Numbered from the stretch's first letter, positions 1 through 8,644 are shown. The stretch: DNA of 22,610 nucleotides from a virus (IMGVR_UViG_3300020581_000009:1-22610); one strand, 5' to 3'. Numbers and translations: made by a program. The notes: generated from the sequence alone by a model not told the origin.

Positions 1-825
1 GCCGCCGCCGCCGCCGCCCGTATTAGCGGTTCCTGCGGTTCCCGGTGCCAATCCAGAACCCACGCCAGCGCCGCCGCCGCCCGCACCTCGCGCGCCCCCC
101 GTGCCAGAGCCGTTGAATGTAGCACCACCGCCGCCCCCAGCGTAAGTGACGGATGAGCCCGTGATTGTATTAGCGGTTCCCGCACCTCCCGCGCCACCGG
201 TCGAGTTGGCCGCAGCGCCGCCGGCTGAGGTTGCACCACCTCCGCCGCCGCACGGAAATAGCGTCCCGCCTCCCAAGCCAGCGCTACCGTTGCTTCCTTG
301 ATTTCCTGTTCCGCCGGCTTGAGAGCCTCCCGCACTTGCTCCGCCACCACCACCAGAGCCACCGGTCGCCCCGGCGGTATTCAATCCGCCGCCGCCGCCG
401 CCGCCATTGCCCGTGATCGAACCAAATACCGAGTTGGACCCGGCAGTACCCGTCCCTGAATTAGTGCTAACCGCTCCCGCGCCGCCGCCACCAACGGTTA
501 CTGTGGTGTTTCCGGATGACACCGAAAAACTGGCGTTGGTTTGATATCCGCCGGCTCCACCGCCACCGCAGGCCGCACCGGCGCCGCCGCCCACTACCAG
601 CACGTTCGCGGTGAATGGGGATGGACAATTGAGCGTTCCGCTCGCCGTGAATGTGATGATCGTGTTGCCGCCCGAGGTCGTGCGCGTCCCGCCCGTGCAA
701 GTTCCACCCCCACTCACGGCAGGAGTGCCAAGACCGCCATGCGTTGACGGCACTTGCGCGAGGCATTGGAGCCCCGCAAGCAACAGGCCGCAAGATAACA
801 AGTATCTGATTGCCGAATATCGCAT
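1..825 (-). CDS. Glycine-rich virion/fibre-like protein with N-terminal signal peptide (3' end runs off the window)
   Basis: Translated by hand from ATG at 825, 2 nt after the stop of the 537-aa gene: MRYSAIRYLLSCGLLLAGLQCLAQVPSTHGG...TIITFTASGTLNCPSPFTANVLVVGGGAGAACGGGGAGGY... The frame is open to base 1. The LVVGGGAG..GGGGAGG pattern is typical of phage Gly-rich domains. Missing from the ORF track because no stop lies in the window. Confidence 0.85.
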   Translation of the reverse strand, partial: MRYSAIRYLLSCGLLLAGLQCLAQVPSTHGGLGTPAVSGGGTCTGGTRTTSGGNTIITFTASGTLNCPSPFTANVLVVGGGAGAACGGGGAGGYQTNASFSVSSGNTTVTVGGGGAGAVSTNSGTGTAGSNSVFGSITGNGGGGGGGLNTAGATGGSGGGGGASAGGSQAGGTGNQGSNGSAGLGGGTLFPCGGGGGATSAGGAAANSTGGAGGAGTANTITGSSVTYAGGGGGATFNGSGTGGARGAGGGGAGVGSGLAPGTAGTANTGGGGGG

Positions 826-827
826 GA

Positions 828-2441
828 TCAAAGCTGCGCATACCAGATGTCGATATCCACACCACCGGTTCCGGTGCTGTTGATGCACAATCCATTAGCC
901 GATGTGTTCTTGAGCCCACTCCAGAAGTTTCCGCCCCAAGTCTCACCCGTATTAGCAGCCTCGGTTGCAACACCTGTGATCTGGGTATTTGCCGAGGAAC
1001 AGTTTGCGTTCGTCGATGCCGTGTTCTCCAGAAACCACGTCGCGACCCCAGCAGCGCGCGAACGCCACGAGCAAACATAGATGGTCTGCGATGCCACGCC
1101 CTGCACGGCAAGCGTATCGGTCGCAGTCGTGATGTGCTTAAAGACGTGGCTGTCGCACGAGATGAGACCGGCGATGTGCCCACCCGTGGCACCAGAAGCG
1201 TTAGCTCCGAGATAGACAGCATTCGCGGGCGGCGCGGCGGCCGTCGCAACCGCGCCGACAGCCGCGAGAGCCGTGGTCGGAGACGAGCCCGCGATGGTGG
1301 CAGTATCGGTGCCGACTGCAACACGTTGAGCGCCGGTCCCGACAGCACCGGTCCCCGTAAGGATCGCCACACTGTTGACCGAGGCGATGTCCTGCCGCAG
1401 CGCGCCGGTCGTCGTCAGAGACAGCGGATCGGTCTGCGCCGTGGTGTAGGACGGTGCGGCCGTGGTCACGGCGCCCATCACAAGCGAGCCGGTCTGCCCG
1501 CTCGTGGTCGAGGCTTGAGCAAGCCCAACGACTGGAGCGTTTACCTTCACGAGAAGATTCCCGGCGTTGTCCATCTGGCATGGCGAGCCGTTGCCCGGCG
1601 TGATAGTCGTGGGCGTGGTCTGAAACTGACAGCCAGCCTGTAGCCAGTTCGCAGGCGCCGCAACGTTCTGCCCGATCGCATCAAGCACGCCGCCGACATT
1701 GCCGGTGACGCGGATCGTCCCGATGTTCTTAGTGGTCTCGGCCGATAGCGTGGCGTTAACAGAAAATGCCGTGTTGTCTGACGCGATCGTGACGCGCGGC
1801 GATCCGGTGCCAGTAGTCCCGTTGCCCATCAGGGGTGTGACGCCGTTGATCTGCGAAACGTTGACGGACTGGTTCGCAGGCAGCGCCACACTATCGGGCG
1901 TGACCAGAAGTTTGGTCATTGAGGCAATGCCCTGAACGGTTATAACCCCAGAAGCTGCCGTTCCTGCTGTGCCGCTGCCAGTAACCAGCCATGGAGTTGT
2001 ATTAGCAGTATTTCCTGGCTGTACCGTCCATGTTCCTGATTGGGCGGCCTGGACAGCAAAAGTCCCCGTCCCAACAACGGTCGCATTGAGATTCGCGGCG
2101 GTGCTCTGCGTGACAGTATCAGTCCAAGACCCCGATTGCGTGGCGGCGACTGTACCTGTTATGGTCGTTGAGGCAAGAGAAACAGGAATAGCCGTTCCAC
2201 TCGCAATGCCCTGCACTGTGATAACATTGGCGTTTGCAGTCCCGGCCGTCCCATAGATCGCCGTTCCAGTAGTACTCCCTAGGACAACCATAGACGATTC
2301 AACGCCACTTCCAACGTCAACAGACCGCATCGTTACTCCAGATCCAGGAGTCAAGATGACAGTATTATCAGCCGCATAAGACGGCATTGTGCCCACAATG
2401 AGCAAAAATGCTGCAAAGATACGGCTAAGACGCTGGATCAT
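828..2441 (-). CDS. Ala/Thr/Gly-rich fibre-like protein (537 aa) with signal peptide, internal repeats and a C-terminal beta-rich domain
   Basis: RBS-like AAGGA upstream. N-terminus MIQRLSRIFAAFLLIVGTMPSYA|ADN. Repeats GTAGTAxxxVITVQGIAS (x2) and QSG(S/T)WT (x2). Six Cys. Confidence 0.85.
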   Translation of the reverse strand: MIQRLSRIFAAFLLIVGTMPSYAADNTVILTPGSGVTMRSVDVGSGVESSMVVLGSTTGTAIYGTAGTANANVITVQGIASGTAIPVSLASTTITGTVAATQSGSWTDTVTQSTAANLNATVVGTGTFAVQAAQSGTWTVQPGNTANTTPWLVTGSGTAGTAASGVITVQGIASMTKLLVTPDSVALPANQSVNVSQINGVTPLMGNGTTGTGSPRVTIASDNTAFSVNATLSAETTKNIGTIRVTGNVGGVLDAIGQNVAAPANWLQAGCQFQTTPTTITPGNGSPCQMDNAGNLLVKVNAPVVGLAQASTTSGQTGSLVMGAVTTAAPSYTTAQTDPLSLTTTGALRQDIASVNSVAILTGTGAVGTGAQRVAVGTDTATIAGSSPTTALAAVGAVATAAAPPANAVYLGANASGATGGHIAGLISCDSHVFKHITTATDTLAVQGVASQTIYVCSWRSRAAGVATWFLENTASTNANCSSANTQITGVATEAANTGETWGGNFWSGLKNTSANGLCINSTGTGGVDIDIWYAQL

Positions 2442-2445
2442 AGAC

Positions 2446-2661
2446 TTAGTCCTTCGGAGGTGGTGGCTTGTTCTGTTCGTTGAGTTGAGAAATCAGCTTT
2501 TGCAGGAGAGGATTCGCATCCTTCCATGGCATTTCGGCCAACTTGTTGAGGATGACGTTCGCCTCCTCAGTGGTCACGCTGAGCGTGTGATTCTTTGGAG
2601 TCTCTTGGGCTTGCGCAGAGGAGATGAATGCAAGAGCGATCAAGGCATATACATGCTTCAT
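2446..2661 (-). CDS. Small secreted protein (71 aa)
   Basis: AGGA RBS; MKHVYALIALAFISSAQA|QET signal peptide; fits the operon tightly. Confidence 0.75.
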   Translation of the reverse strand: MKHVYALIALAFISSAQAQETPKNHTLSVTTEEANVILNKLAEMPWKDANPLLQKLISQLNEQNKPPPPKD

Positions 2662-2672
2662 GTCTTATCCTT

Positions 2673-2861
2673 TCAGAAGATGACTGCTATGTATTGACTG
2701 TTGCAGGCTTGGGTGAAGTCAAGACTATTTGAACATACTGGAGGAGGACCGCTGCCGCCAGCAATCTGCCCAGCGCCTGTTTGTGTCAGTTGAGCGCTGG
2801 ATTGAAGCGTGGCCATAGAAATTATCAAAGCAGCGATAGCCAGAGACTTAAAACTGAGCAT
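2673..2861 (-). CDS. Small secreted protein (62 aa) with a C-terminal Cys pair
   Basis: MLSFKSLAIAALIISMATLQSSA|QLT signal peptide; ends CSNSLDFTQACNSQYIAVIF; overlaps the upstream gene by 14 nt. Confidence 0.7.
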   Translation of the reverse strand: MLSFKSLAIAALIISMATLQSSAQLTQTGAGQIAGGSGPPPVCSNSLDFTQACNSQYIAVIF

Positions 2862-3243
2862 ACGACAGGCTGCCTGGATAACCTACGTTCGCTGAAGTGA
2901 CGGCACAAAGAGAATTACCAGGAGGAATAATCCACACAGGACCAACCCCCGTTCCTTTTGTGAATCCAACCTGAGCAATAAGGGCATAGTTACCAGTCAC
3001 ATTTTGCTGCCCCGTACCACACGTAGCACCAGTGCCATAAACGAATTGAATGCTCCCAGTCCCCGCCGCTATAACATCAACAGCAGTAACATAGATTCTC
3101 TGACCGGAAACCCCTAGAATCAGCCTAGTTGTTGTAGCTGTTGATATCGTAATTGGAATCGAAACAGTTGCAGTCGGCTTAATCGTCGTCTGCGCAAAAG
3201 ATGGGGTCGATAGAATGAGAAGTGGCGCTACAATCTTCCACAT
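2848..3243 (-). CDS. Secreted beta-rich protein (131 aa), paralog of the C-terminal domain of 828..2441
   Basis: MWKIVAPLLILSTPSFA|QTT. ISTATTTRLILGVSGQRIYV...AAG...C...SLC...SYAQF aligns with ITTATDTLAVQGVASQTIYV...AAG...C...GLC...WYAQL. Confidence 0.85.
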   Translation of the reverse strand: MWKIVAPLLILSTPSFAQTTIKPTATVSIPITISTATTTRLILGVSGQRIYVTAVDVIAAGTGSIQFVYGTGATCGTGQQNVTGNYALIAQVGFTKGTGVGPVWIIPPGNSLCAVTSANVGYPGSLSYAQF

Positions 3244-3905
3244 TAGCCGATCCCCGATTGCAACATACGGAACCTAACCTGACCGGTCCCGGAGTTAATC
3301 AAGAGACGGATCATGGAGATTGGCTCCATATAGGAACCGTCAATATTCGCAGACTGAGCGACCACTAGAGGATGATTGAACGCCAGCGGTGAAGTCACCC
3401 CAGCCAGAAGTTGATTCGGATCGTCGTAGGTATGCTGAACGGTGAAATTCGCCGCCCCAGAGACTAACTCAACCGCAAATCCTATATTGATATCCTGAAC
3501 GTGCCAGTTCACCTGTTGCCACGAAGATGACCCAAATCCGTTAGTCCCCGCAATAACCGTCGAGGCGACTGATGCGCTTGGGGTGATACTTGTTACCGTG
3601 ACGAAGTCCAAATTTGACTGCGCGGCACCACCATTCGACCCGACAAACGTGTCAGTAATCACGCTACCAGTAGAGTTGGTCCCGACCACGACCCAATTGA
3701 TGCCGCTGTCATCCCCGCCAGATGTAAGAATTACCCTTCGGCCTACAGCAGTGTTGGTCGATGACTTGGTATCTATCGTAGCAACACCAGACGTAACGGC
3801 AGACCCATTAAGAGTCAGTTTCGCCGTAGCCGGGCTCTGACTCAAAGCAATGTTGTTCGAGCTAGAGGCCGCCATCGTCTTGTTGAAAACAATCGGGATA
3901 CCCAT
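3243..3905 (-). CDS. Putative virion structural protein (220 aa)
   Basis: Ser/Thr/Gly-rich with beta-strand patterning; 1-nt overlaps with both neighbours; no signal peptide. Confidence 0.8.
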   Translation of the reverse strand: MGIPIVFNKTMAASSSNNIALSQSPATAKLTLNGSAVTSGVATIDTKSSTNTAVGRRVILTSGGDDSGINWVVVGTNSTGSVITDTFVGSNGGAAQSNLDFVTVTSITPSASVASTVIAGTNGFGSSSWQQVNWHVQDINIGFAVELVSGAANFTVQHTYDDPNQLLAGVTSPLAFNHPLVVAQSANIDGSYMEPISMIRLLINSGTGQVRFRMLQSGIG

Positions 3906-4141
3906 TACTTCCTCGCCTTGCGGTCAGATCGTGGCTTTGATCGATCGCCTTCGATCGAAATAGACGGGTACTTACGGTGCACTTTGGCGGCGATCTTTGC
4001 TTTCAACTCAGGATGAAACTGAGAAGCCCGAGCCAACGCATTACGCGAATGACTCGGGTCATTTATGGGAAAACTGCGATAGGGTCCTGCGAACGCGCTA
4101 TCCGGCAGCGCATTCCGCTGTGCCGCCGTTAGCCGCGCCAT
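3905..4141 (-). CDS. Small basic phage protein, DUF6582-like (78 aa)
   Basis: RNALPDSAFA...FPI.D..H.RNALAR resembles a widespread phage small-protein family (from recall, not searched). Confidence 0.65.
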   Translation of the reverse strand: MARLTAAQRNALPDSAFAGPYRSFPINDPSHSRNALARASQFHPELKAKIAAKVHRKYPSISIEGDRSKPRSDRKARK

Positions 4142-4150
4142 GGACGATCC

Positions 4151-4426
4151 TTAGTCGGACGGAATTCCCTTTTCCGGAGTCTCGCCTTTTGTGACCTGGG
4201 AAACTTTTGCAGCGGTTGAGAGCGGCATGAGGTTAGCCCCAATTCTGCCACCACGTGCACGGCCCTTCTTGCCGAAGTGCGCCTTGGGCTTCTCGCCCTC
4301 GCCTTTGACGGCACCACCGCGCTTCTTTTCTTTCGCCCGCTCCATCGCAGGAGACCCGACAGCATTGTACTCGTGCTCAGTAACGCTCCCGCCATCCTTG
4401 CGGGCCATGTGTCTTGCTCTTGACAT
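4151..4426 (-). CDS. Small basic protein with GG motifs (91 aa)
   Basis: GGGA RBS; RKDGGSV, KKRGGAV, RARGGRI motifs as in 19317..20033. Confidence 0.75.
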   Translation of the reverse strand: MSRARHMARKDGGSVTEHEYNAVGSPAMERAKEKKRGGAVKGEGEKPKAHFGKKGRARGGRIGANLMPLSTAAKVSQVTKGETPEKGIPSD

Positions 4427-4475
4427 ATCAGTTCCCTTTCACCCGGATCCGTGGGCTCGGCGCAGACTACTGCGA

Positions 4476-5777
4476 TTAGGTTACGGTGACGCCAGCGGCA
4501 AGCGGAACGTAGCGAATGAAGTGCTGCCACGTTCCAGTTGTAGAACCAACTGCAACGGTTATTGTGATCGTCCCCACTGGAACGAGAACAGACGATGGAA
4601 TTCCGAAGAACCCAGGTCCGTTGGCATTATAAACAGCCGCCTGAGCAACGCCGGCCGCGCTGCTTCCAACTGCGGTAATAGTGGCACCAGCCGCCGCGTT
4701 AGCGATGGAAGCCGACGCAGTCGCGATAGCAGTGGATGTTCCGATCGTCGGAACTGAGTTGTATGCTACCGTCGAAGCAGTCGCGCCGTTTGCCGTGATA
4801 CAGAGCGAGAAAAGACTCTCAACCCGAATCGGTCCGCCGGCAACCGTGAACAGAGTGTTTCCAGACACCATAACAGCAGCGGTCTTAACCGGACCAAAGG
4901 CCGGAAGGGCAGCACTCGCCGCTGGCGTAAACCCAGGGCCTACGGCTACCGCACTACCACCGCTGATCTGAGAACCAGCGGAGCCGTCAAAAACATCAAG
5001 AGACCACGTCGATCCGCCGACCGTATCAACAACGTCCTTGGAGCCGTTCGTGACTCCAGAAACGTATGTATATCCGGTAACGTTGACATCCGTGCTTGCC
5101 GTGGTGACAAACTCAACCACAGCCGTAGTAAGAATACCGTAGTACAGAATATTGATCTGTCCGTTGTCACACCCGACAAGTCGGATAGCATTGACACCGT
5201 GAGACCCAGCCGTGAACCCAAAGTATACGAGATTCACGTTCAGTCGATCCGCTGCGGCAGTTGTCAAAACGGCACGGAGAGCTTCCTTGTTAGAAGCTCC
5301 GTCGTGCCACTCAACCGGAAGACCTGGGAGACCGAAGGTGCAATCCGCCGCAGAAATCACAAACGGCGACACGATCTGGTCGATGTTGCAAACACCGACG
5401 ATATTTGCCAGAGTTACGCCAGCAGAAGCGATAGCGAACGTGGCAGCAGTAGAGGTCGAAAACGTAAATGTCGGGCGAGTAGAACCTTCGCCCTGGCCGA
5501 TAATATAGAGCCCCGGCTTTCCGGTCGTCGTGATTCCAGCCGCCGCAGAAACCGTCTCCGCATGGCCCGGCATGACCACGATGACATCGCCAGACGCAGA
5601 GGCTGTGATGGCCGTCTGGAGTCCAGCAAACGGCAGCGAGGCATCATTGCCAGGGTTGCCGTTCGATCCCGTGACAGAACTGACAAACCAGTAGGTCCCA
5701 GACGTGATCGGAAGCCCGTTGCCGATCTGCGGAACACCGAAGCTCGTTACCCCAGAGGGGAAATTGGTGTAGACCAC
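4476..5777 (-). CDS. Putative head fibre/spike protein with a beta-helix-like region (433 aa)
   Basis: GAGGAG RBS with GTG start; N-terminal ...GSNGNPG...PFAGLQTAI...GDVIVVMPGHAET pattern typical of beta-helix proteins; follows the capsid gene. Confidence 0.7.
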   Translation of the reverse strand: MVYTNFPSGVTSFGVPQIGNGLPITSGTYWFVSSVTGSNGNPGNDASLPFAGLQTAITASASGDVIVVMPGHAETVSAAAGITTTGKPGLYIIGQGEGSTRPTFTFSTSTAATFAIASAGVTLANIVGVCNIDQIVSPFVISAADCTFGLPGLPVEWHDGASNKEALRAVLTTAAADRLNVNLVYFGFTAGSHGVNAIRLVGCDNGQINILYYGILTTAVVEFVTTASTDVNVTGYTYVSGVTNGSKDVVDTVGGSTWSLDVFDGSAGSQISGGSAVAVGPGFTPAASAALPAFGPVKTAAVMVSGNTLFTVAGGPIRVESLFSLCITANGATASTVAYNSVPTIGTSTAIATASASIANAAAGATITAVGSSAAGVAQAAVYNANGPGFFGIPSSVLVPVGTITITVAVGSTTGTWQHFIRYVPLAAGVTVT

Positions 5778-5788
5778 TTTTTAGCTCC

Positions 5789-6787
5789 TCATGTCGCCGT
5801 CGCCGGCTCCGTTGTGGCCATAGACGCCACATATTGCGTAATCAGACTGACATTCCACAGAGTATGCGGTATGTCATTTTCGTCTATCAGAAGAATGCAC
5901 TTGTCACAATCTTGGATATTTACTGTCCTGCCGTTAATGGCCGGTATTTTCGTATCTAATTCCTCATTGTACGAGGTCAGTTTTCCGAAGTTCTTTAACT
6001 CGCTAAGCAGCCTTGCAACCCTAGCCTCTGCTATCGTACTATACTGACCGAGATCGATAGTCTCTTTTTCTATGTGTATTCTTGCTCGGAACCATCCACC
6101 GTGTGGATATACGCCTTGATATCCGGTCCTACTTCTTCTGGTGGCGCTCCTAGAATTGTGGCTATTCTCACTCTTTGTGGCGTCTCGTAGATTCAGCCAC
6201 CTATTGTCATTTCTAACCCTATTGATGTGATCTATCTCAAATTCAGGCCAATCTCCCGTCATATAAAACCAAGCCAGGATATGCTCTAGGTACTTTTTGT
6301 AGTCGATCCCTATGCTGCGATAGCCCTTGCCGTGAGTGGTGCCGGCTCTATCGCCTATATTAGCCACCGAAGAGGCCACCCTCCACGTAAACCAACCCGT
6401 GTCAGGCTCGTAGTAAAGAAGCTCCTTCAGCCGACCCAGCGTCAGGGCCGTGGACTTGATATCTTCTGGATCCTTATCATGAACCAGAATATTGGAGACC
6501 CTATTATCGGTCTTATTCCCATTCAGGTACTTTATGCGTCCTTTGGGCCACTCGCCATTGACATAAAGCAGCGCCAGTAGACCAGAGTTGTAATTGACCG
6601 CGTCTACCGAGATCATGACGTAGCCAAGTGAACTTATCCTGCCGGCACCAACCTTACCGTGCTTACGATCTTCCGAGGTCCACGTTCTGGCCTGCTGGCG
6701 TCTCGTAAAGATGCCGAGTTCGGCATCGTAGTGAAACAGTTCCTTCAACCTATCTTGTGTCGGCCTTGGCTTCGTATTCGTATCCAT
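5789..6787 (-). CDS. Free-standing homing endonuclease: two HNH-type domains plus an AP2-like domain (332 aa)
   Basis: Two copies of L..RLKEL..Y....G.FT.R; the second has an intact HILAW...EIDHINRVRNDNRWLNLR; followed by GYQGVY...WFRARI...DLGQY..IAEA (AP2-like). Confidence 0.9.
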   Translation of the reverse strand: MDTNTKPRPTQDRLKELFHYDAELGIFTRRQQARTWTSEDRKHGKVGAGRISSLGYVMISVDAVNYNSGLLALLYVNGEWPKGRIKYLNGNKTDNRVSNILVHDKDPEDIKSTALTLGRLKELLYYEPDTGWFTWRVASSVANIGDRAGTTHGKGYRSIGIDYKKYLEHILAWFYMTGDWPEFEIDHINRVRNDNRWLNLRDATKSENSHNSRSATRRSRTGYQGVYPHGGWFRARIHIEKETIDLGQYSTIAEARVARLLSELKNFGKLTSYNEELDTKIPAINGRTVNIQDCDKCILLIDENDIPHTLWNVSLITQYVASMATTEPATAT

Positions 6788-6792
6788 CTTGG

Positions 6793-6845
6793 TTCTCCAC
6801 TGTTTGCCTATTCTGGCAATATACAGTGGAGAAAGATTTTGTCAA
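6793..6845 (-). promoter_or_regulatory. HNH gene promoter with an RBS-sequestering hairpin
   Basis: TTGACA (6845-6840)-N16-TATATT (6823-6818). 11-bp inverted repeat TTCTCCACTGT/ACAGTGGAGAA at 6793-6803 and 6823-6833; the downstream arm contains the GGAG RBS. Confidence 0.7.
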
Positions 6846-6852
6846 GTGACCT

Positions 6853-7779
6853 TTAGCTGGTCGGTGCGGAGCCCCAGATGCTACGGGGATCGTTGTAATT
6901 AAAGCTATATCTCTCCCATCCCTTCACCATGAGATTGTCCGTGGTAAAATCGACCTGCATGTCGATCTCGAACGGCTCGCGCTCCAGGTAGAGGAGGCCC
7001 GGCTGGTCGGTCTTGAGGTACCACGGAAATGCGGAGGTGAAGAACACGTCCTTCACGTACTCGCTGATGCCGCCGGCAACAGTTGGGAGGACGTTGATGT
7101 CGTTGTTCGCCGTACCTGGGCGAAGCTCTGTCCTGAGAAGGCGGAGGGCGGTCGGCTCGTTGTTCGGGTGAATAACGAGCGTCTTTCCCGTGGCCATCAT
7201 GCGGAGGCCGGCGTTGTCGTAGAAGCCGGTCTGGATCGAGATCATCCCGTTCAGCAGGGATGCTTCGTTCAGGTCTACGTCTGTCGTAGGACGGTTTGCC
7301 CACGTAGTCGGACCGGATCCGCCAGGAGGCAGTGGGTGGGCAGTGCTCAGGAGAGCAACGCCGTCGCCGCCGACTGTCGTGTCGTAGGTCGTGCTGTTGT
7401 TGAACACGGCCGCAGCGTAGATTTCCTTGGTCTGGGCGAAAGAACGCTGGAGACCAAGGTTTGACGGGCGGAACTGCGCCTTGTAGAGGTTGTCCGCGAT
7501 CGTGTTGCGGGTGATAGCGTAACCCAAACCGATTCCAGTGTGAAGCTGGTTGTAGACCCACGCCTCACCGGAGGAGTTGTCGAAGATCGTCTGACCACCG
7601 TCCGACTTAAGCTGGGCGAGTGGCAGGAACCGCATGGAAGCAGTACGCTCCTGCGCCATCTCGGACTTGCCTTGGTCGAACAGCTTTGGCCAGATCGACG
7701 GCCACTGCTTGTATTCACCTGTGACACCACGGAGACCCGGCAGCAGGAGGTCCCGAATGGCTGCGACGTTAATTGCCAT
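6853..7779 (-). CDS. Major capsid protein (HK97 fold, Mu gpT-like family; 308 aa)
   Basis: LLLPGLRGV, GYAITRNTIADNLY, GGDGVALLSTAHPL, DLNEASL, DFTTDNLMVKGWERYSF..DPRSIWGS motifs; position downstream of scaffold and cement genes. Confidence 0.9.
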   Translation of the reverse strand: MAINVAAIRDLLLPGLRGVTGEYKQWPSIWPKLFDQGKSEMAQERTASMRFLPLAQLKSDGGQTIFDNSSGEAWVYNQLHTGIGLGYAITRNTIADNLYKAQFRPSNLGLQRSFAQTKEIYAAAVFNNSTTYDTTVGGDGVALLSTAHPLPPGGSGPTTWANRPTTDVDLNEASLLNGMISIQTGFYDNAGLRMMATGKTLVIHPNNEPTALRLLRTELRPGTANNDINVLPTVAGGISEYVKDVFFTSAFPWYLKTDQPGLLYLEREPFEIDMQVDFTTDNLMVKGWERYSFNYNDPRSIWGSAPTS

Positions 7780-7782
7780 GGC

Positions 7783-8427
7783 TTAGACCCCCGTCTGCGT
7801 CTTGTAGATTTGGTTGTTGAACGACACGATCACGTTGTTCGACGCCGTCGTGACATCCGTTCCGTTCACCCCAGGAGGGGATGTAACGAGGTTTACGACC
7901 TTGAATGGCAGAGTCGCCGCCGAGGCCGCAGAAGGCGTTGCCAGCGACATTCCAGAGAATCCAGTGGTCGTGCTTCCCACCGGGGTTGCCGTAATGTCGG
8001 CGCCAAATCCAAGGTAGGTCGCGTCGATTGGACCTGTGGTGGCTTGGACCATCCACAGAGAGTTAGGGTCATCGACGACATAGCACTCTACGTCGCCAGT
8101 GGCGTCTGAGCCCGGCCAGTAGTTGCTGTAAATCGTCTTTTTCTGACTGGTGGAGAAGTACGTGCACCCCGTAAAGATGCCGGCAAGCTGCTTCGTGGCG
8201 CTTCCGTCACCGTTGGCCCATTGAAGAACGTACCCCAAGGCGCTCAGGCCAGTATCACCACTGATCCAGAAGCGCACAGCATCACCGAAGTAGACTGCCG
8301 TGGTGTACGTGGACTTGATCTTGTACGGGGTTGGGCTGCCTGCGCGCGCAAAGTTGACCGGCCCAGAAGCCGTCCCCATCTGCACGAACCCGAAGGCTCC
8401 TGCTGTGTTCGCCATGTCGCTCCTCAC
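7783..8427 (-). CDS. Putative capsid cement/decoration protein (214 aa)
   Basis: GAGGAG RBS; MANT.GAFGF start, VYFGDAV, GIFTGCTY, VVDDPNSLW.VQ; directly upstream of the major capsid gene. Confidence 0.7.
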   Translation of the reverse strand: MRSDMANTAGAFGFVQMGTASGPVNFARAGSPTPYKIKSTYTTAVYFGDAVRFWISGDTGLSALGYVLQWANGDGSATKQLAGIFTGCTYFSTSQKKTIYSNYWPGSDATGDVECYVVDDPNSLWMVQATTGPIDATYLGFGADITATPVGSTTTGFSGMSLATPSAASAATLPFKVVNLVTSPPGVNGTDVTTASNNVIVSFNNQIYKTQTGV

Positions 8428-8610
8428 GTCACCGCACGCAGCGGATCGGCCTGAAATCGGTACTGCCGAAGCAGCTATGTTTTCTGGGTGGCAAGTGTCG
8501 CGGCGCGCGACTTGCGGTCCATCCGGCTAAGCCGGGGAATCCGACCATAGTTCTCTCAGCGCGAGAGCCCTTGCGGTCCTTCAACATCGCGGCTTGCGAC
8601 ATTGGCTATT
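8428..8610 (-). ncRNA. Candidate structured 5' leader of the cement-capsid operon
   Basis: Two GGACCGCAAG repeats (8511-8520, 8570-8579), each followed by a hairpin with a GCGCY loop; CCGGC-tta-GCCGG hairpin; C(UUCG)G tetraloop hairpin GCTGC-TTCG-GCAGT. Confidence 0.5.
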
Positions 8611-8615
8611 GTCGA

Positions 8616-8644
8616 ATGTTAACTTTCTAATTACCCCCAAGCAA
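8616..8644 (-). promoter_or_regulatory. Putative sigma70 promoter for the capsid operon
   Basis: TTGCTT-N17-TAACAT in an AT-rich patch about 190 nt upstream of the cement gene. Confidence 0.5.

Noticed and set aside
1-620. GCC/CCG trinucleotide runs resembling microsatellites
   Set aside because: They are poly-Gly codons (GGC) of the minus-strand Gly-rich gene. The 231..416 and 467..1372 ORFs are shadows of it.
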